A stretch of DNA of 64,000 nt, taken from contig NW_026920017.1 of the NCBI RefSeq assembly GCF_032062105.1, positions 62,001 through 126,000 on the forward strand, read 5' to 3'. This DNA comes from Saccostrea cucullata (Eukaryota). Numbering within the stretch: position 1 is the stretch's first letter; every line of letters begins with the position of its first letter. The notes under the pieces are model-generated. The model saw nothing but the letters and a program-made list of their open reading frames with translations. It was not told the DNA's origin and made no database searches. The position numbers and the translations under genes were made by a program. This document shows, one piece after another, positions 13,451-24,915 of the stretch.

Positions 13451-14614
13451 TATACTTATCGATGTTGCTGTGGAAGTTTGGCTCATCTTTAGTGCAACTC
13501 CCTACATTTCCAGTTTACATGCGACTTTCACTTTCAATCTGTTCTCAACCGGAAATGTAAACACGTTTGCTGTTATGGACAGAGTTATTGCTCTTTAAAA
13601 CCCGCGGTAAATTCAAATTAATATTTAAAAAAAATACCGTAATAAAATATATTGCAAAACATTACCACAATCTATATGTATTTTAATTTCATAATTAACA
13701 TTTTAAATATACGAGACAGATATAAACCTTTTCAGAAACACGTGTACTGCATATTTTTTTCTCGCGTTATTTTTTTTTTCGATTGTGACGCAATCGGGAG
13801 AACTATCGCCGATTTCTCATTATGATGTGTGCCGCATCTGGCCCCTTTTTCCCAGTTGCGGTCACATATATGTTTTTACATATAAAATGTGTTGATCTTA
13901 AATTTTGTAAAAATTATTTAATAATGATGAACATTGTCTACGTATTTTTTTAATGACCCTCGTATAGGCGTAAAAAATGGAGGGCCAACTAGACATGGTA
14001 CCACCACCTTTTTTCATAGATGTGGTGACTAAAAACTAGAATCCTGCCTCAAGATATCAGATCCCGTGTCACAATAAACACGCCAATAAATAAAGTCTTT
14101 TATTTATTCATGAGAAACACTATTTTGTCATCGATAAAGGTTTTTATATTTTTTTATTAAATGATCTATAATAATGTAAATCATAATCACTCTTTTAATT
14201 TTTTTTCGACACAAAAATGGGAAATACATTTAAGACAACAAACTAAACATTCCAATTTTTTTTCTTTGCCTATACAAATCTATTTTTTCTTTGTAAAGCT
14301 AAAACAAGATCAGAAAAAATAAAATTATACATCTTAACATAGCTTTACTACTCTTTATACTAAGCACATGACCTACAAAATCTAAATGTTGAATAAAAAT
14401 AACCAAGGTCAAAAGATGAGCATATTCAAGGATCTTACCGGAAATATGTAGACAAATAATGAACATAAGATTATTTTTAAAGTATACATTGGACGATGAG
14501 TATAACTGCACAAAAACTCTTAAGTCACAGATATGAATAACGTGATATTTTTACGTTTTAGCTCTTTTAAGTTGAGAAAACTTATTTTGTAATAATTCCT
14601 TTGAAATCCGCCAT

Positions 14615-17600
14615 TTAGAGATGCGTACATTCGTTCAACTGTTCCGCAATTTCATCGTCTATCATGTATGCTTCAAGGCTTTCAATTGCTTCTTTTTTCG
14701 ATATTTCCATCCACGACGGTGGAATTTTTGAAAAAGTTTTTCCGAACTGCTCTTCAAAATCTTTATAAAATTTTCCAATAACCCATTCCCAGTATCTGGA
14801 GTTTGACATATCAGCACATGGCACAATTTTCCAACGCGGTATTATATTTTTGTAGTTAGAATATAAATGCATTGAGACACATTCCGGAGTATTACAACCA
14901 CACCATTTCGCACATTGAAGAGTGTGCTTAGTTTGTACTTTAAAATCACAAGATTCGACGCATAGTTCTTTTGTATCCAGTATATGAACTCCGTGAATTC
15001 CAACGGGTCTGTGCTGTAGACACTCATGAAAATCATCACTATCAGCGTGGTTTGAAATTGAACTTTTACAAGGTTCATTGCACCAGGGGCAGTTTTCTTT
15101 ACATCCCCATAAAAAGTTCATAATTTCTTCATAGGGTGTTTTTTCTTTCCATTTAATTGATTCTGGTTGTTTCCTGTTATATTCATGCTTGATATCAGTC
15201 AACTTTTCTTTTAAAACGATTAAGAAATAATCAAAATCGTGTATTTCATATTCAGCATAATCAAATAAAGTTGAGGAAATCACTAAATCATCCTCTGCTA
15301 ATTTGTTTTGATATTCATATACCCATTTTCTAATATTTTGCTCCGTAAGATAATGTGTAACACGTGTAGCACAGCCTTTTAAAAAAGAAATCATTGGAGT
15401 CACAAATTCCTCCCGGTGTTGTTGATACTCTGACTGTCTTCCCTCAGCACAACCAAAAAACATTTTTTTTGAGTATTCTGTTAACCACTTTAAAACATAA
15501 GTTTCTGGGGAGGATATGTAGCTCTTATAGTTATCCAGTGATTCCCGATCTGCTAAATCAATTAAAACACTTCGCATTAGATTTTGTTTTTGCCGATCAA
15601 ATTTTTCAACAACAAGGTTCTTTATTTTCTGTCGAAGGATTTCTGCAAATTTTTCATCTAGGACGACCTGAAGTTCATTAATTATAGCATCTACACTGCT
15701 CTCGATGTTCGTTTTATCATTTCTTTGTATTTCTTCCCTTTGGCTTTGTTCCTCCATTTGTATGCTTTCTTCTTCTCTGCTTTTTTTCTTCATTTCTTCC
15801 ATATAACTTTCCTTTGCAGCGATTTCGATCTCCAGTTCTTTGGTATTTTCTGCATATTTTCGTTTTTCTGCTTCCATTAAACCTACATGCTTTTCTCTTT
15901 CTTCTGACAATTGCTGAAGTTCTTTCTTCAATTTTTCTTTTCTTTTTTTTAACAATTTTTCTTCTTCATGCATTTCATTAGCGACTTTTTCAATGTATCT
16001 TTTTCTTTCCTGTTGATTTTTAAGATTTTTTTCTAATCGTATATTAGTTTCCCTTTCCAACCTCAAGAGTTCGTTTCTTCTTTCGTTGTACTCTTCTTCT
16101 TCTTTCTTGTACTGTTTAGTCTTCACGTCCCTTGCACGCTCCATATCACGCAAATCTTGAGTTATTTGCTCTTTCGCTTTCTTTAACTCACAGATATCGT
16201 TTTTCATTTTTTGTTCTTCTAACATTTCCTTGAAAAATCCCCGAAAAGTATTATTAAAAATTTGAAAAGCTTTTACTCTGTATTTTGATAGTTCTGATCT
16301 CATTCCATATTTAGCTTCAAATTCTTTGTTCAAGTGTAAAAACACAGGAAATGTACATTTTGACACATATTGGATGACATTCTCGACAAGGGATCTATTA
16401 ATAGAAAACCACATATAATGTTTTTTATTATGCTCTTCTATATCATCTACAACAAATTTCAGTATCGTATTAAAATGTAACTCATCAAAGCGAGAATCCT
16501 TTTGCAGTAATCCTTCAAAATAACGATCTATTTTTTCAAAGGACAGATCCAATACATTGAGAGCAAGCTGGGGGAAGTTAACGGATTTGTCATCTGATTC
16601 TGAAATACAAATGCCCTCTAAAGGGATGTCTTCCGCCTTCATACTATTCTTCAATCGTGGCAATGTACTTGTAACCACTTTGTCTTCAAAGAGTTTGATT
16701 CTAATACCATGAACCCGTAGTAAAAATCCCTCCATTTCGTTTGTTAATTTTTGTCTCATTACATCGATCCCATCATACGGAGAACATTTTTCATCCAATG
16801 TCTTATTCCACCAGCTTTGAAATTTTTCTAAAACTTGTCCATAATCAGGCTCCGAGTTCTGCACTTTCCTTGCTAATTCCTCTGCTTCTCGCTTTATTGT
16901 GAATTGTTTAGTGACAATTTCTTCATAATTTCTAAGAAATTCTATCCTCTGTTTTTTTTCACGGTTGATATTTTCATCAATCATTTTTTGAATATTTTTT
17001 ATGTAATATTCTAAATCATATAGTCTCCGTTCTTCGAAATGCTTCATGAATTTTCTGTACTTGTGATCGTCAATAAAATCAGTCAATTCACGATTTGCAA
17101 TTTCAGACTCTTTCGATATCATTTCAGAAAACATTTTACTCAGATCATATGCTAGATCATTTGGCATTTCTGCATTTATTAGTTTTGGCCTATTCTTATT
17201 CCACCATTCATGTTTCTTTTCTTCGAAATCCCATGTCAAAGTTTGAAACTTTTTTTCGAGCATTTTACTTGCTATCGCCTCTTGACAATTTCTGAAACTA
17301 AAGATGAAAGTCTCCGCTTGAATTCCTTTCCATAAATTACGAAGATTCCAAAAAATGTTTTTGGCATTACAATGGCCAACATTTTGCTTTAATTTTTCGA
17401 ATATTCTTTTTGTTGCAACAGTTACAGCTTTGCAATATCCTTGCGAGACGTATGGCATTGTGCTTGTATCATTTTCTAGAAAATTTGGAAAGTATATTCT
17501 GTCATTTTTCAAATCGAGATCTATGACAGCTCGAAATGTACTGATATTTGGCATTTGCTCTTCTTTAGCGGCTATTTCTGCCATCTTATCTAAGTGGTCC

Positions 17601-20600
17601 ATGAAATCATGACTTCCTTCTAGGGTCTTCATTTGAGTGTCAGATGCAGAAACATTTTGATGAACAAATAAACCAGACTGTTTGTAATGCATTTTTGGGT
17701 TTGATTTTTTTAGTCTGATGAATGCGTGAACAACGATTTGAAGAATATCACGCATTTCTCCGACAGTTTCTCCGGGATTATTAATGATTGAAACATCTGA
17801 TAATCCAACTGCAAGAGCTGCTATTTCGTTATCAAAATCAATTTTTTCTTCTGTCGTCTCTGGTGCTCGAAGTCCCTCTGTATCAATCACCATTAAGAAT
17901 CCAAATTTGTTGAAATTTTTAGAAACAGGAATAAATTGTGCAAATATCCCTCTTGTACACCTGCCAGCACTTACAGGAAATTGAATCCCAAACATGGTAT
18001 TTAACAATGTGGATTTTCCAGAGCTCTGTACTCCTATAACAGACACAGAGGTAATCAATTCTCCACCTGTATAATTATTTATTTCGGTAAATACTCTTTT
18101 TAGCCAAAGAATAGGAACGTTAGCAGCATCACCATCCATTATTTCAAGTGGTTGGCCGAGAAGAGATAGTCGAGCAACAATGCAAGGCAATTCTTCTATA
18201 ATTCTTTCTGTCCATTGACCCAAACTACCTTCTTTCGTGCTAACGAACGCTTCATAAACTTGACCAATTTCTCGAAAAATGTGCTCAATTCCAAAAGAAG
18301 CATCTGCTATGCTTTCTTTTAGTTTCATCACTTTTTGACTATCTCTTGGATTTTCCCGATGTTCTAATGCTCTCTGTAATTTTTTTCGTAACCTTGGAAG
18401 AGTGCGTTTTGATGTTTCATCTAACCCCTGTTTAACCCAGAATATAAAAAACAGAAGGGTCGAATGGTCATTGCGCAACTCATAGATAGTTTTAACAAAG
18501 GTTGCAATCGCATCATAGGAATCGTTGCATTTTTCAACCTGTTGTTCTCTTATTTCCTTCATGCATTTTTGCAAATGTTCCTCTGGATCCAAACAATTTT
18601 TTCCTTTCTTCTGTCTATTTTTATCTAATTGACTCCATTTACACCAAAAATGTTTTCCTTGAAGTGGAATTAGGTTATCCTTAGAGAAATTTGGGGAGTC
18701 AAGTTGGCATCGTTTTAAAATTTCTATTGCCCTTGCTTTTCCTTCACGACAATCCTCTCTGTTTTCATCAATGTCAATATCTGAACTTGTATGTTGAAAG
18801 TAAGAAAATATTGCCTTTTCAAAGCATTTATTTTCTTTTAGAGATTTCTGCAGTGAAAATATTTTTGCATGTATGTTCTTCTCTATTTTTGCAGAATTTT
18901 CACGAGGAATTTTTTCCTTACCAACAAAAACGAATGGTTTATTTTCGACGAAGACATCAGTAACGATAAGGCATTCCTTGTCCTGTTCAGTTATTCCTTT
19001 TTGGAAGGATACAAGGTTTTCTTTGTTCTTTGCATTTTCATTTATGAATAGAACAAACGCGTCGGAGACGGTCAGGATAAACTTTAATTGCTTTTTGCAA
19101 TTTTTTCCTAATCCATCTCCACGAAGATTAAGAATAGTAAACGATTTCTTTTTTAAAGATTCGTCGTCTCTGGATTTCTTTGTATACCAATATAATTCGA
19201 TCATCCCTGATGATACTCTCCTAGGTTGTTCTTCTCCATTTTCGTTGTCTTGGAACACTCTGTGCATAAGCCCCTGTTGGCAGAGAAGTGAATTTAAAAT
19301 GTTTGATTTGCTTTTTATATGATCTCCAAATCTGAGAAAGGATATTGTCGGTAATTCCATTCGAATGGCTGGCTCAAAGTGATGTAGTAAATATATTTCC
19401 CTTAAAGGCCATACTGAAATTTCTACTGACTCTTTTACAAGCGTGTTATAAACGAGTGGTATTGCATATTGACAGCTGTGAAATTTATGTACGATGAGCC
19501 TTTTTAAAAAGGGATCACAACATTGATATATTGCCATAAACAAATCCATCGGATGGAAAGAGGATAGTCCATCGTTTTCAAATGGAACATGTGAACGTTC
19601 TTGTCCAATTTCTTCACACCCCTTATCTGATTGATTTGACTCAGAGATATCTGAAATACTCTTCCGCTCATTTTTTAACTGTTTCCCGTTAAGGTCATCT
19701 TGAGATGGAATATTTATTGACTGAGATTTAGGGACACATTGTGTCTCATGTGATCTCAATGACATAGAACCAGAAAAGTCAGACATTTTGTTCACTTCGT
19801 CTTCCTTTTCTTTCATGCTACCAGAAACTGACAAGGTCGCAAAGTGGGATTCGGATAAAAACCGAGCTGCATTTTGTCCCGACAAGGAAACGGAAACAGA
19901 AAAATCGGACATATCAATCACTTCCTCTTCCTTTGTCGATTTTTCTATTCCACTATCCGGAACTGTAGTCGTCTCAAACAGTGTTTCCTGTAATTCTTTT
20001 CTTTCCTTGTGTATCAATTCAGATTTAGAGAAGTCAGTCATATTATCCTCTTTATTTTCCATAGTTAGTTTCTCTATTGCGCTACCTCTTGTAGGTTTGG
20101 TCACAAAGTGAGGTTCAGGTAGATTTCTTTCCTCCAGTACTGGTCCCGATGATGACAAAGGTTTAGGTAGCATATGTCGGGAAGAATCAGACTTTATTCT
20201 TCTATGGAATTGGTGAGACCTTTCTTCTGCCTTCAAAGATCTACTGCATAACGGTTTCGAAAGGACGGATATGTTATTCGAATTTTTATCCCCATGCTGT
20301 TTTTGTGTAGACACAAAACGATGCTCTTTCAAATCAGAGTTCTCGTCTATGTCGTTGTCAGAAGTTGAAGATTGCGAGGAGCTTCTTCTTAAAGAAGGAT
20401 CATCTGAACAACTGGATGAAAAAGAGTTTTTTCTTGAATCTGAAGTCATTTTTTTGAGAAAGTTATGAAGAGTTTTTTCTCTAAAATCGCAATCACTTAC
20501 AATCAACTTTTGAAGAATCGACCAAGTTACATCTTCTGTTGACTCAGATTTTGAATAAAAATGTTCATTGATTTTTATTTGGGTGGTCTGTAAAGACAAT

Positions 20601-20776
20601 TTTCCAGGAAAAAACTCTGTCAACCCAAGAAGATTGAGCAACATTTTCAAAGAGTCACTTGGCATACATGAAGCTGCTGGAGGATGATGTTTTTCCTTTA
20701 TATCATCCAGATTGCTAAAAACATCATTGTGAGTTTTTTCAAAATATGTCCATTCAATTGTGTCTGGGTTTCCTCC
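14615..20776 (-). CDS. GVIN1: Giant terminal coding exon of interferon-induced very large GTPase 1-like (GVIN1/VLIG/URGCP family) gene
   Basis: Uninterrupted 2016-aa ORF with VLIG-type G motifs (SVIGVQSSGKSTLLN, SAGRCTRG, DTEGL), the FGIEHIFREIGQVYE motif and the C-terminal CPWCNEPC..H..HRP.G..G Cys/His cluster. The frame stays open 37 codons upstream of the ATG at 20665 to an acceptor ttacag| at 20777-20778; an in-frame TAG lies just inside the intron. Confidence 0.93.
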   Translation of the reverse strand, partial: GGNPDTIEWTYFEKTHNDVFSNLDDIKEKHHPPAASCMPSDSLKMLLNLLGLTEFFPGKLSLQTTQIKINEHFYSKSESTEDVTWSILQKLIVSDCDFREKTLHNFLKKMTSDSRKNSFSSSCSDDPSLRRSSSQSSTSDNDIDENSDLKEHRFVSTQKQHGDKNSNNISVLSKPLCSRSLKAEERSHQFHRRIKSDSSRHMLPKPLSSSGPVLEERNLPEPHFVTKPTRGSAIEKLTMENKEDNMTDFSKSELIHKERKELQETLFETTTVPDSGIEKSTKEEEVIDMSDFSVSVSLSGQNAARFLSESHFATLSVSGSMKEKEDEVNKMSDFSGSMSLRSHETQCVPKSQSINIPSQDDLNGKQLKNERKSISDISESNQSDKGCEEIGQERSHVPFENDGLSSFHPMDLFMAIYQCCDPFLKRLIVHKFHSCQYAIPLVYNTLVKESVEISVWPLREIYLLHHFEPAIRMELPTISFLRFGDHIKSKSNILNSLLCQQGLMHRVFQDNENGEEQPRRVSSGMIELYWYTKKSRDDESLKKKSFTILNLRGDGLGKNCKKQLKFILTVSDAFVLFINENAKNKENLVSFQKGITEQDKECLIVTDVFVENKPFVFVGKEKIPRENSAKIEKNIHAKIFSLQKSLKENKCFEKAIFSYFQHTSSDIDIDENREDCREGKARAIEILKRCQLDSPNFSKDNLIPLQGKHFWCKWSQLDKNRQKKGKNCLDPEEHLQKCMKEIREQQVEKCNDSYDAIATFVKTIYELRNDHSTLLFFIFWVKQGLDETSKRTLPRLRKKLQRALEHRENPRDSQKVMKLKESIADASFGIEHIFREIGQVYEAFVSTKEGSLGQWTERIIEELPCIVARLSLLGQPLEIMDGDAANVPILWLKRVFTEINNYTGGELITSVSVIGVQSSGKSTLLNTMFGIQFPVSAGRCTRGIFAQFIPVSKNFNKFGFLMVIDTEGLRAPETTEEKIDFDNEIAALAVGLSDVSIINNPGETVGEMRDILQIVVHAFIRLKKSNPKMHYKQSGLFVHQNVSASDTQMKTLEGSHDFMDHLDKMAEIAAKEEQMPNISTFRAVIDLDLKNDRIYFPNFLENDTSTMPYVSQGYCKAVTVATKRIFEKLKQNVGHCNAKNIFWNLRNLWKGIQAETFIFSFRNCQEAIASKMLEKKFQTLTWDFEEKKHEWWNKNRPKLINAEMPNDLAYDLSKMFSEMISKESEIANRELTDFIDDHKYRKFMKHFEERRLYDLEYYIKNIQKMIDENINREKKQRIEFLRNYEEIVTKQFTIKREAEELARKVQNSEPDYGQVLEKFQSWWNKTLDEKCSPYDGIDVMRQKLTNEMEGFLLRVHGIRIKLFEDKVVTSTLPRLKNSMKAEDIPLEGICISESDDKSVNFPQLALNVLDLSFEKIDRYFEGLLQKDSRFDELHFNTILKFVVDDIEEHNKKHYMWFSINRSLVENVIQYVSKCTFPVFLHLNKEFEAKYGMRSELSKYRVKAFQIFNNTFRGFFKEMLEEQKMKNDICELKKAKEQITQDLRDMERARDVKTKQYKKEEEEYNERRNELLRLERETNIRLEKNLKNQQERKRYIEKVANEMHEEEKLLKKRKEKLKKELQQLSEEREKHVGLMEAEKRKYAENTKELEIEIAAKESYMEEMKKKSREEESIQMEEQSQREEIQRNDKTNIESSVDAIINELQVVLDEKFAEILRQKIKNLVVEKFDRQKQNLMRSVLIDLADRESLDNYKSYISSPETYVLKWLTEYSKKMFFGCAEGRQSEYQQHREEFVTPMISFLKGCATRVTHYLTEQNIRKWVYEYQNKLAEDDLVISSTLFDYAEYEIHDFDYFLIVLKEKLTDIKHEYNRKQPESIKWKEKTPYEEIMNFLWGCKENCPWCNEPCKSSISNHADSDDFHECLQHRPVGIHGVHILDTKELCVESCDFKVQTKHTLQCAKWCGCNTPECVSMHLYSNYKNIIPRWKIVPCADMSNSRYWEWVIGKFYKDFEEQFGKTFSKIPPSWMEISKKEAIESLEAYMIDDEIAEQLNECTHL

Positions 20777-20859
20777 CTGTAACTACAGATTATGAAACAA
20801 AATGAAATATACCCATCTTGCAGATAGGGAAAAATAGAAAATAAAATCAATTAATAGCA

Positions 20860-20960
20860 TTGTATGCTCCCTGCTTTAGCAAAAGCTAAGAAAATTAAAG
20901 CTTATTCGTCTGTCAGTCTGTCCGTCTTTCACTCTGTCACAAAAACTTTAGCTTTAGAAA
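20860..20960 (+). mobile_element. Helentron-associated (HINE-like) 5' fragment
   Basis: Short hairpin followed by (gtct/gtcc)n microsatellite and gtcacaaaaacttta, the usual HINE layout. Confidence 0.4.
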
Positions 20961-21533
20961 TAACATTCGTTATCTTGTACTTAAGGTTTGATCTATCTTT
21001 CAAATATTTAACATCACATTAAGGTAAGTTTGTGCATTCAAAAATCTTTCTGGTAAACTCATTTTTTTAAATGCCTAAAAAATTCAACAATTAATTAAAA
21101 CATCCATTAATTATTTTTTGAGGTTTATTTTCATACAACACGCCTCAGAGTACAATCCTCAAAAATGCATTGATAAAATTAAGCATAAAGAGCTGTGACA
21201 TCATCTTTTATTTAACTATGTACCAAATCTCATCAAAGTCATGTTAAAACTGATGAAAATTAAAATAATTCATTTACAAAGAAAATAATTAGAATCTTCA
21301 TTGAAAAACATTAACAAAATTAAAATACCGGTAATTACTTCCAAAATTATTTTCAATCATACAAAAAGATTTTTTTCAAAAGACAGGTTATAATCAGATT
21401 TTAATATTTTTGTGTTAATTTAAAACCAAATCTGTACTAGTATAGACATTTTGAAATTGACCTTAACTTGTGGATGAGAAAATAGGTATGTAACACATTT
21501 TTATACCGACAGGGAGAAACGCGATTCTTCAGT

Positions 21534-21545
21534 GAAAACTGAAAG
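21534..21545. promoter_or_regulatory. ISRE/IRF1-2-like motif GAAAACTGAAAG in the GVIN intron
   Basis: Close match to the IRF-E consensus GAAA(A)(G/C)(T/C)GAAA(G/C), about 760 bp upstream of the giant exon. A short motif, so it could be chance. Confidence 0.3.
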
Positions 21546-21589
21546 ACGATTTTCGGTATTTTTCAGTGGAATTTTAGTCACTGATAAGA

Positions 21590-24500
21590 AGGTACAATTC
21601 AGTGATCTTTTATCTGCGAGCACACTTCAGTAATCTTACAGTGATCTGTCTGTAATCTTACAGTGACCTGTCCGTTATCTTACAGTGACCTGTATGTCAT
21701 CTTAAAGTGACCAGTCTTTCATATTACAATGACCTGTCTGTTATCTCAAAATGACCTGTCTGTTATCTTATAATGACCTGTCTGTTATCTAACAATGACC
21801 TGTCTGTTATCATACAGTGACTTGTCTGTTATCTTACAGTGATCTGTCTGTTATCTTACAGTGATCTGTCTGTTATCTTACAGTCACCTGTCTGTTATCT
21901 TACAGTCACCTGTCTGTTATCTTACAGTGACCTGTCCGTTATCTTACAGTCACCTGTCTGTTATCTTACAGTGACCTTTCTGTTATCTAAAAGAGATCTG
22001 TCTTTTATCTTACAATGACCTGTCTGTAAGTTACCTGTCTGTTATCTTACAGTGACCTGTCTGCTATCTTACAGTGACCTGTCTGTTATCTTACAGTGAC
22101 CTGTCTGTTATGTTACAGTTACCTGTCCGTTAACTTACAATGACATGTCTCCTATATCTTACAGTGTCCTGTCTTTAATCTATCAGTGTCCTGTCTTTTA
22201 TCTTACAATGACCTGTCTGTTATTTTACAGTTACTTGACTGTTATCTTACAATGTCCTGTATGTCATCTTTTATTAACCTGTCTGTTATCTTACAGTGAC
22301 CTGTCCGTTAACTTGCAATGACATGTCTGTTATCTTACAGTGTCCTGTCTTTTATCTTACAGTGATCTGTCTGTTATCTTACAGTGACCTGTCCGTTATC
22401 TTACAGTGACCTGTCTATTATCTTACAGTGACCTGTCTGTTATCATACAGTGACCTGTCTGTTATCTTATAGTTACCAGTATGTCATCTTGCAGTGACCT
22501 GTCTATTCTCTTACAGTGACCTGTCTTTAATCTTACAGTGACCTGTCTGTTATCTATCAGTGTCCTGTCTGTTATCTTACAGTGATCTGTCTGTTATCTT
22601 ACAGTTACCTGTCCGTTAACTTGCAATGACATGTCTGTTATCTTACAGTGTCCTGTCTTTTATCTTACAGTGATCTGTCTGTTATCATACAGTGACCTCT
22701 CTGTTATCTTACAGTGACCTGTCCGTTATCTTACAGTGACCTGTCTATTATCTTACAGTGACCTGTCTGTTATCATACAGTGACCTCTCTGTTATCTTAC
22801 AGTGACCTGTCTGTTATCTTATAGTTACCAGTATGTCATCTTGCAGTGACCTGTCTATTCTCTTACAGTGACCTGTCTTTAATCTTACAGTGACCTGTCT
22901 GTTATCTTACAGTGTCCTGTCTGTTATCTTACAGTGATCTGTCTGTTATCTTACAGTGACCTCTCTGTTATCTAATAGTGACCTGTCTGTTATCTTACAG
23001 TTACCTGTCTGTTATCTTACAGAGATCTGTCTTTTATTTGACAGTGACCTGTCTGTTATCTTACATTGACCTGTCTGTTCTCTTACAATGTCCTGTCTGT
23101 AATCTGACAGTGACCTGTCTGTTATTTACAGTGACCTGTCTGTAATCTCACAGTAACCTGACTGTTATTTTACAATGTCCTGTCTTTTATCTTACATTGA
23201 CCTGTCTGTTATTTTACTGTGACCTGTCTGTTATCTTGCAGTGATCTGTCTGTTATCTTACAATGTCCTGTCTTTTATCTTACATTGACCTGTCTTTTAT
23301 TTTACTGTGTCCTGTCTGTTATCTTGCAGTGATCTGTCTGCTATCTTACAATGTCCTGTTTGTTATCTTACAGTGACATGTCCGTTATGCTACAGTGACC
23401 TGTCTGTTATATTACAGTGACCTGTCTTTTATCTTACAATGACCTGTCTGTTATCTTACAGTGATCTGTCTGTTATCTTGCAGTTACCTGTCTGTTATCT
23501 TACAGAGATCTGTCTTTTATCTTACAATGACCTGTCTGTTATCTTAAGGTTACCTGTCTGTTATCTTACAGTGACCTGTCTGTTATCTTACAGTGACCTG
23601 TCTGTTATCTTACAGTTACCTGTCCGTTAACTTACAATGATATGTCTGTTATATCTTACAGTGTCTTGTCTGTTATCTATCAGTGTCCTGTCTGTTATCT
23701 TACAATGACCTGTCTGTTATTTTTTCAGTTACCTGACTGTTATCTTACAATGTCCTGTATGTCAACTTTTGATTAACCTGTCTGTTATCTTACAGTGACC
23801 TGTCTGTTATCTTACAGTGACCAGTCTGTTATCTAACAGTGACCCGTCTGTAGTCTAACAGTGACCTGTCTGTGATCTTACAGTGACCTGTCTGTTATCT
23901 TAAGGTTACCTGTCTGTTATCTTACAGTGACCTGTCTGTTATCTTACAGAGATCTGTCTTTTATCTTACAATGACCTGTCTGTTATCTTAAGGTTACCTG
24001 TCTGTTATCTTACAGTGACCTGTCTGTTATCTTACAGTGACCTGTCTGTTATCTTACAGTTACCTGTCCGTTAACTTACAATGATATGTCTGTTATATCT
24101 TACAGTGTCTTGTCTGTTATCTATCAGTGTCCTGTCTGTTATCTAACAATGACCTGTCTGTTATTTTTTCAGTTACCTGACTGTTATCTTACAATGTCCT
24201 GTATGTCAACTTTTGATTAACCTGTCTGTTATCTTACAGTGACCTGTCTGTTATCTTACAGTGACCAGTCTGTTATCTAACAGTGACCTGTCTGTAGTCT
24301 AACAGTGACCTGTCTGTGATCTTACAGTGACCTGTCAGTTATCTTAAGGTTACCTGTCTGTTATCTTACAGTGACCTGTCTGTTATCTTACAGTGACCTG
24401 TCTGTTATCTTACAGTTACCTGTCCGTTAACTTACAATGATATGTCTGTTATATCTTACAGTGTCTTGTCTGTTATCTATCAGTGTCCTGTCTGTTATCT

Positions 24501-24915
24501 TACAATGACCTGTCTGTTATTTTTTCAGTTACCTGACTGTTATCTTACAATGTCCTGTATGTCAACTTTTGATTAACCTGTCTGTTATCTTACAGTGACC
24601 TGTCTGTTATCTTACAGTGACCAGTCTGTTATCTAACAGTGACCTGTCTGTAGTCTAACAGTGACCTGTCTGTGATCTTACAGTGACCTGTCTGTTATCT
24701 TACAGTTACCTCACTGTTATCTTAGAGTTACGTGTCTTTTACCTTACAATGACCTGTCTGTTATTTTACAGTGACCTGTCTGTTATCTTACAGTTACCTG
24801 TCTGTTATCTTACAGTTACTTGTCTGTTATCTTACAGTGACCTGTCTGTTATCTTACAGTTACCTGTCTGTTATCATAAAGTGACATGTCTGTTATTTTA
24901 GAGATACATGTCCGT
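21590..24915. repeat. 22-bp satellite/minisatellite (TTACAGTGACCTGTCTGTTATC)n, ~150 units, intronic
   Basis: Directly visible 22-bp period with recurring variant blocks. Confidence 0.97.

Larger units (their letters stand above)
9262..13865 (-). mobile_element. Sola1-like DNA transposon, decayed autonomous copy (4.6 kb)
   Basis: TIRs GTGACTGCGACTGGGAAAATGGGGCCAGATG / CATCTGGCCCCTTTTTCCCAGTTGCGGTCAC; 4-bp ATAT TSD at 9258-9261 and 13866-13869 (AWWT is the described Sola1 preference); internal DDE-like transposase remnants. Confidence 0.8.
8602..13964. mobile_element. Mariner/Tc1-type non-autonomous element (about 0.76 kb of own sequence) hosting a nested element
   Basis: 29-bp imperfect TIRs (8602-8630 and 13936-13964, 23/29 identical), TA on both sides, and flanks that rejoin into one tandem-repeat unit. 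Confidence 0.75.

Noticed and set aside
661-13964. 13-kb composite mariner element carrying the C1q exon (TIR at 661 matches 13964 better than 8602 does)
   Set aside because: The flanks at 8601 and 13965 rejoin into one tandem-repeat unit, so 8602 is the true partner; a TA TSD is too short to support the longer pairing.
15394-20468. Plus-strand ORFs overlapping the GVIN exon
   Set aside because: Antisense shadows of a long coding exon; no recognisable domains.
23439-24901. ORFs with repeated VTCLLSYSDLSVILQLPVCYL
   Set aside because: By-product of the 22-bp satellite.
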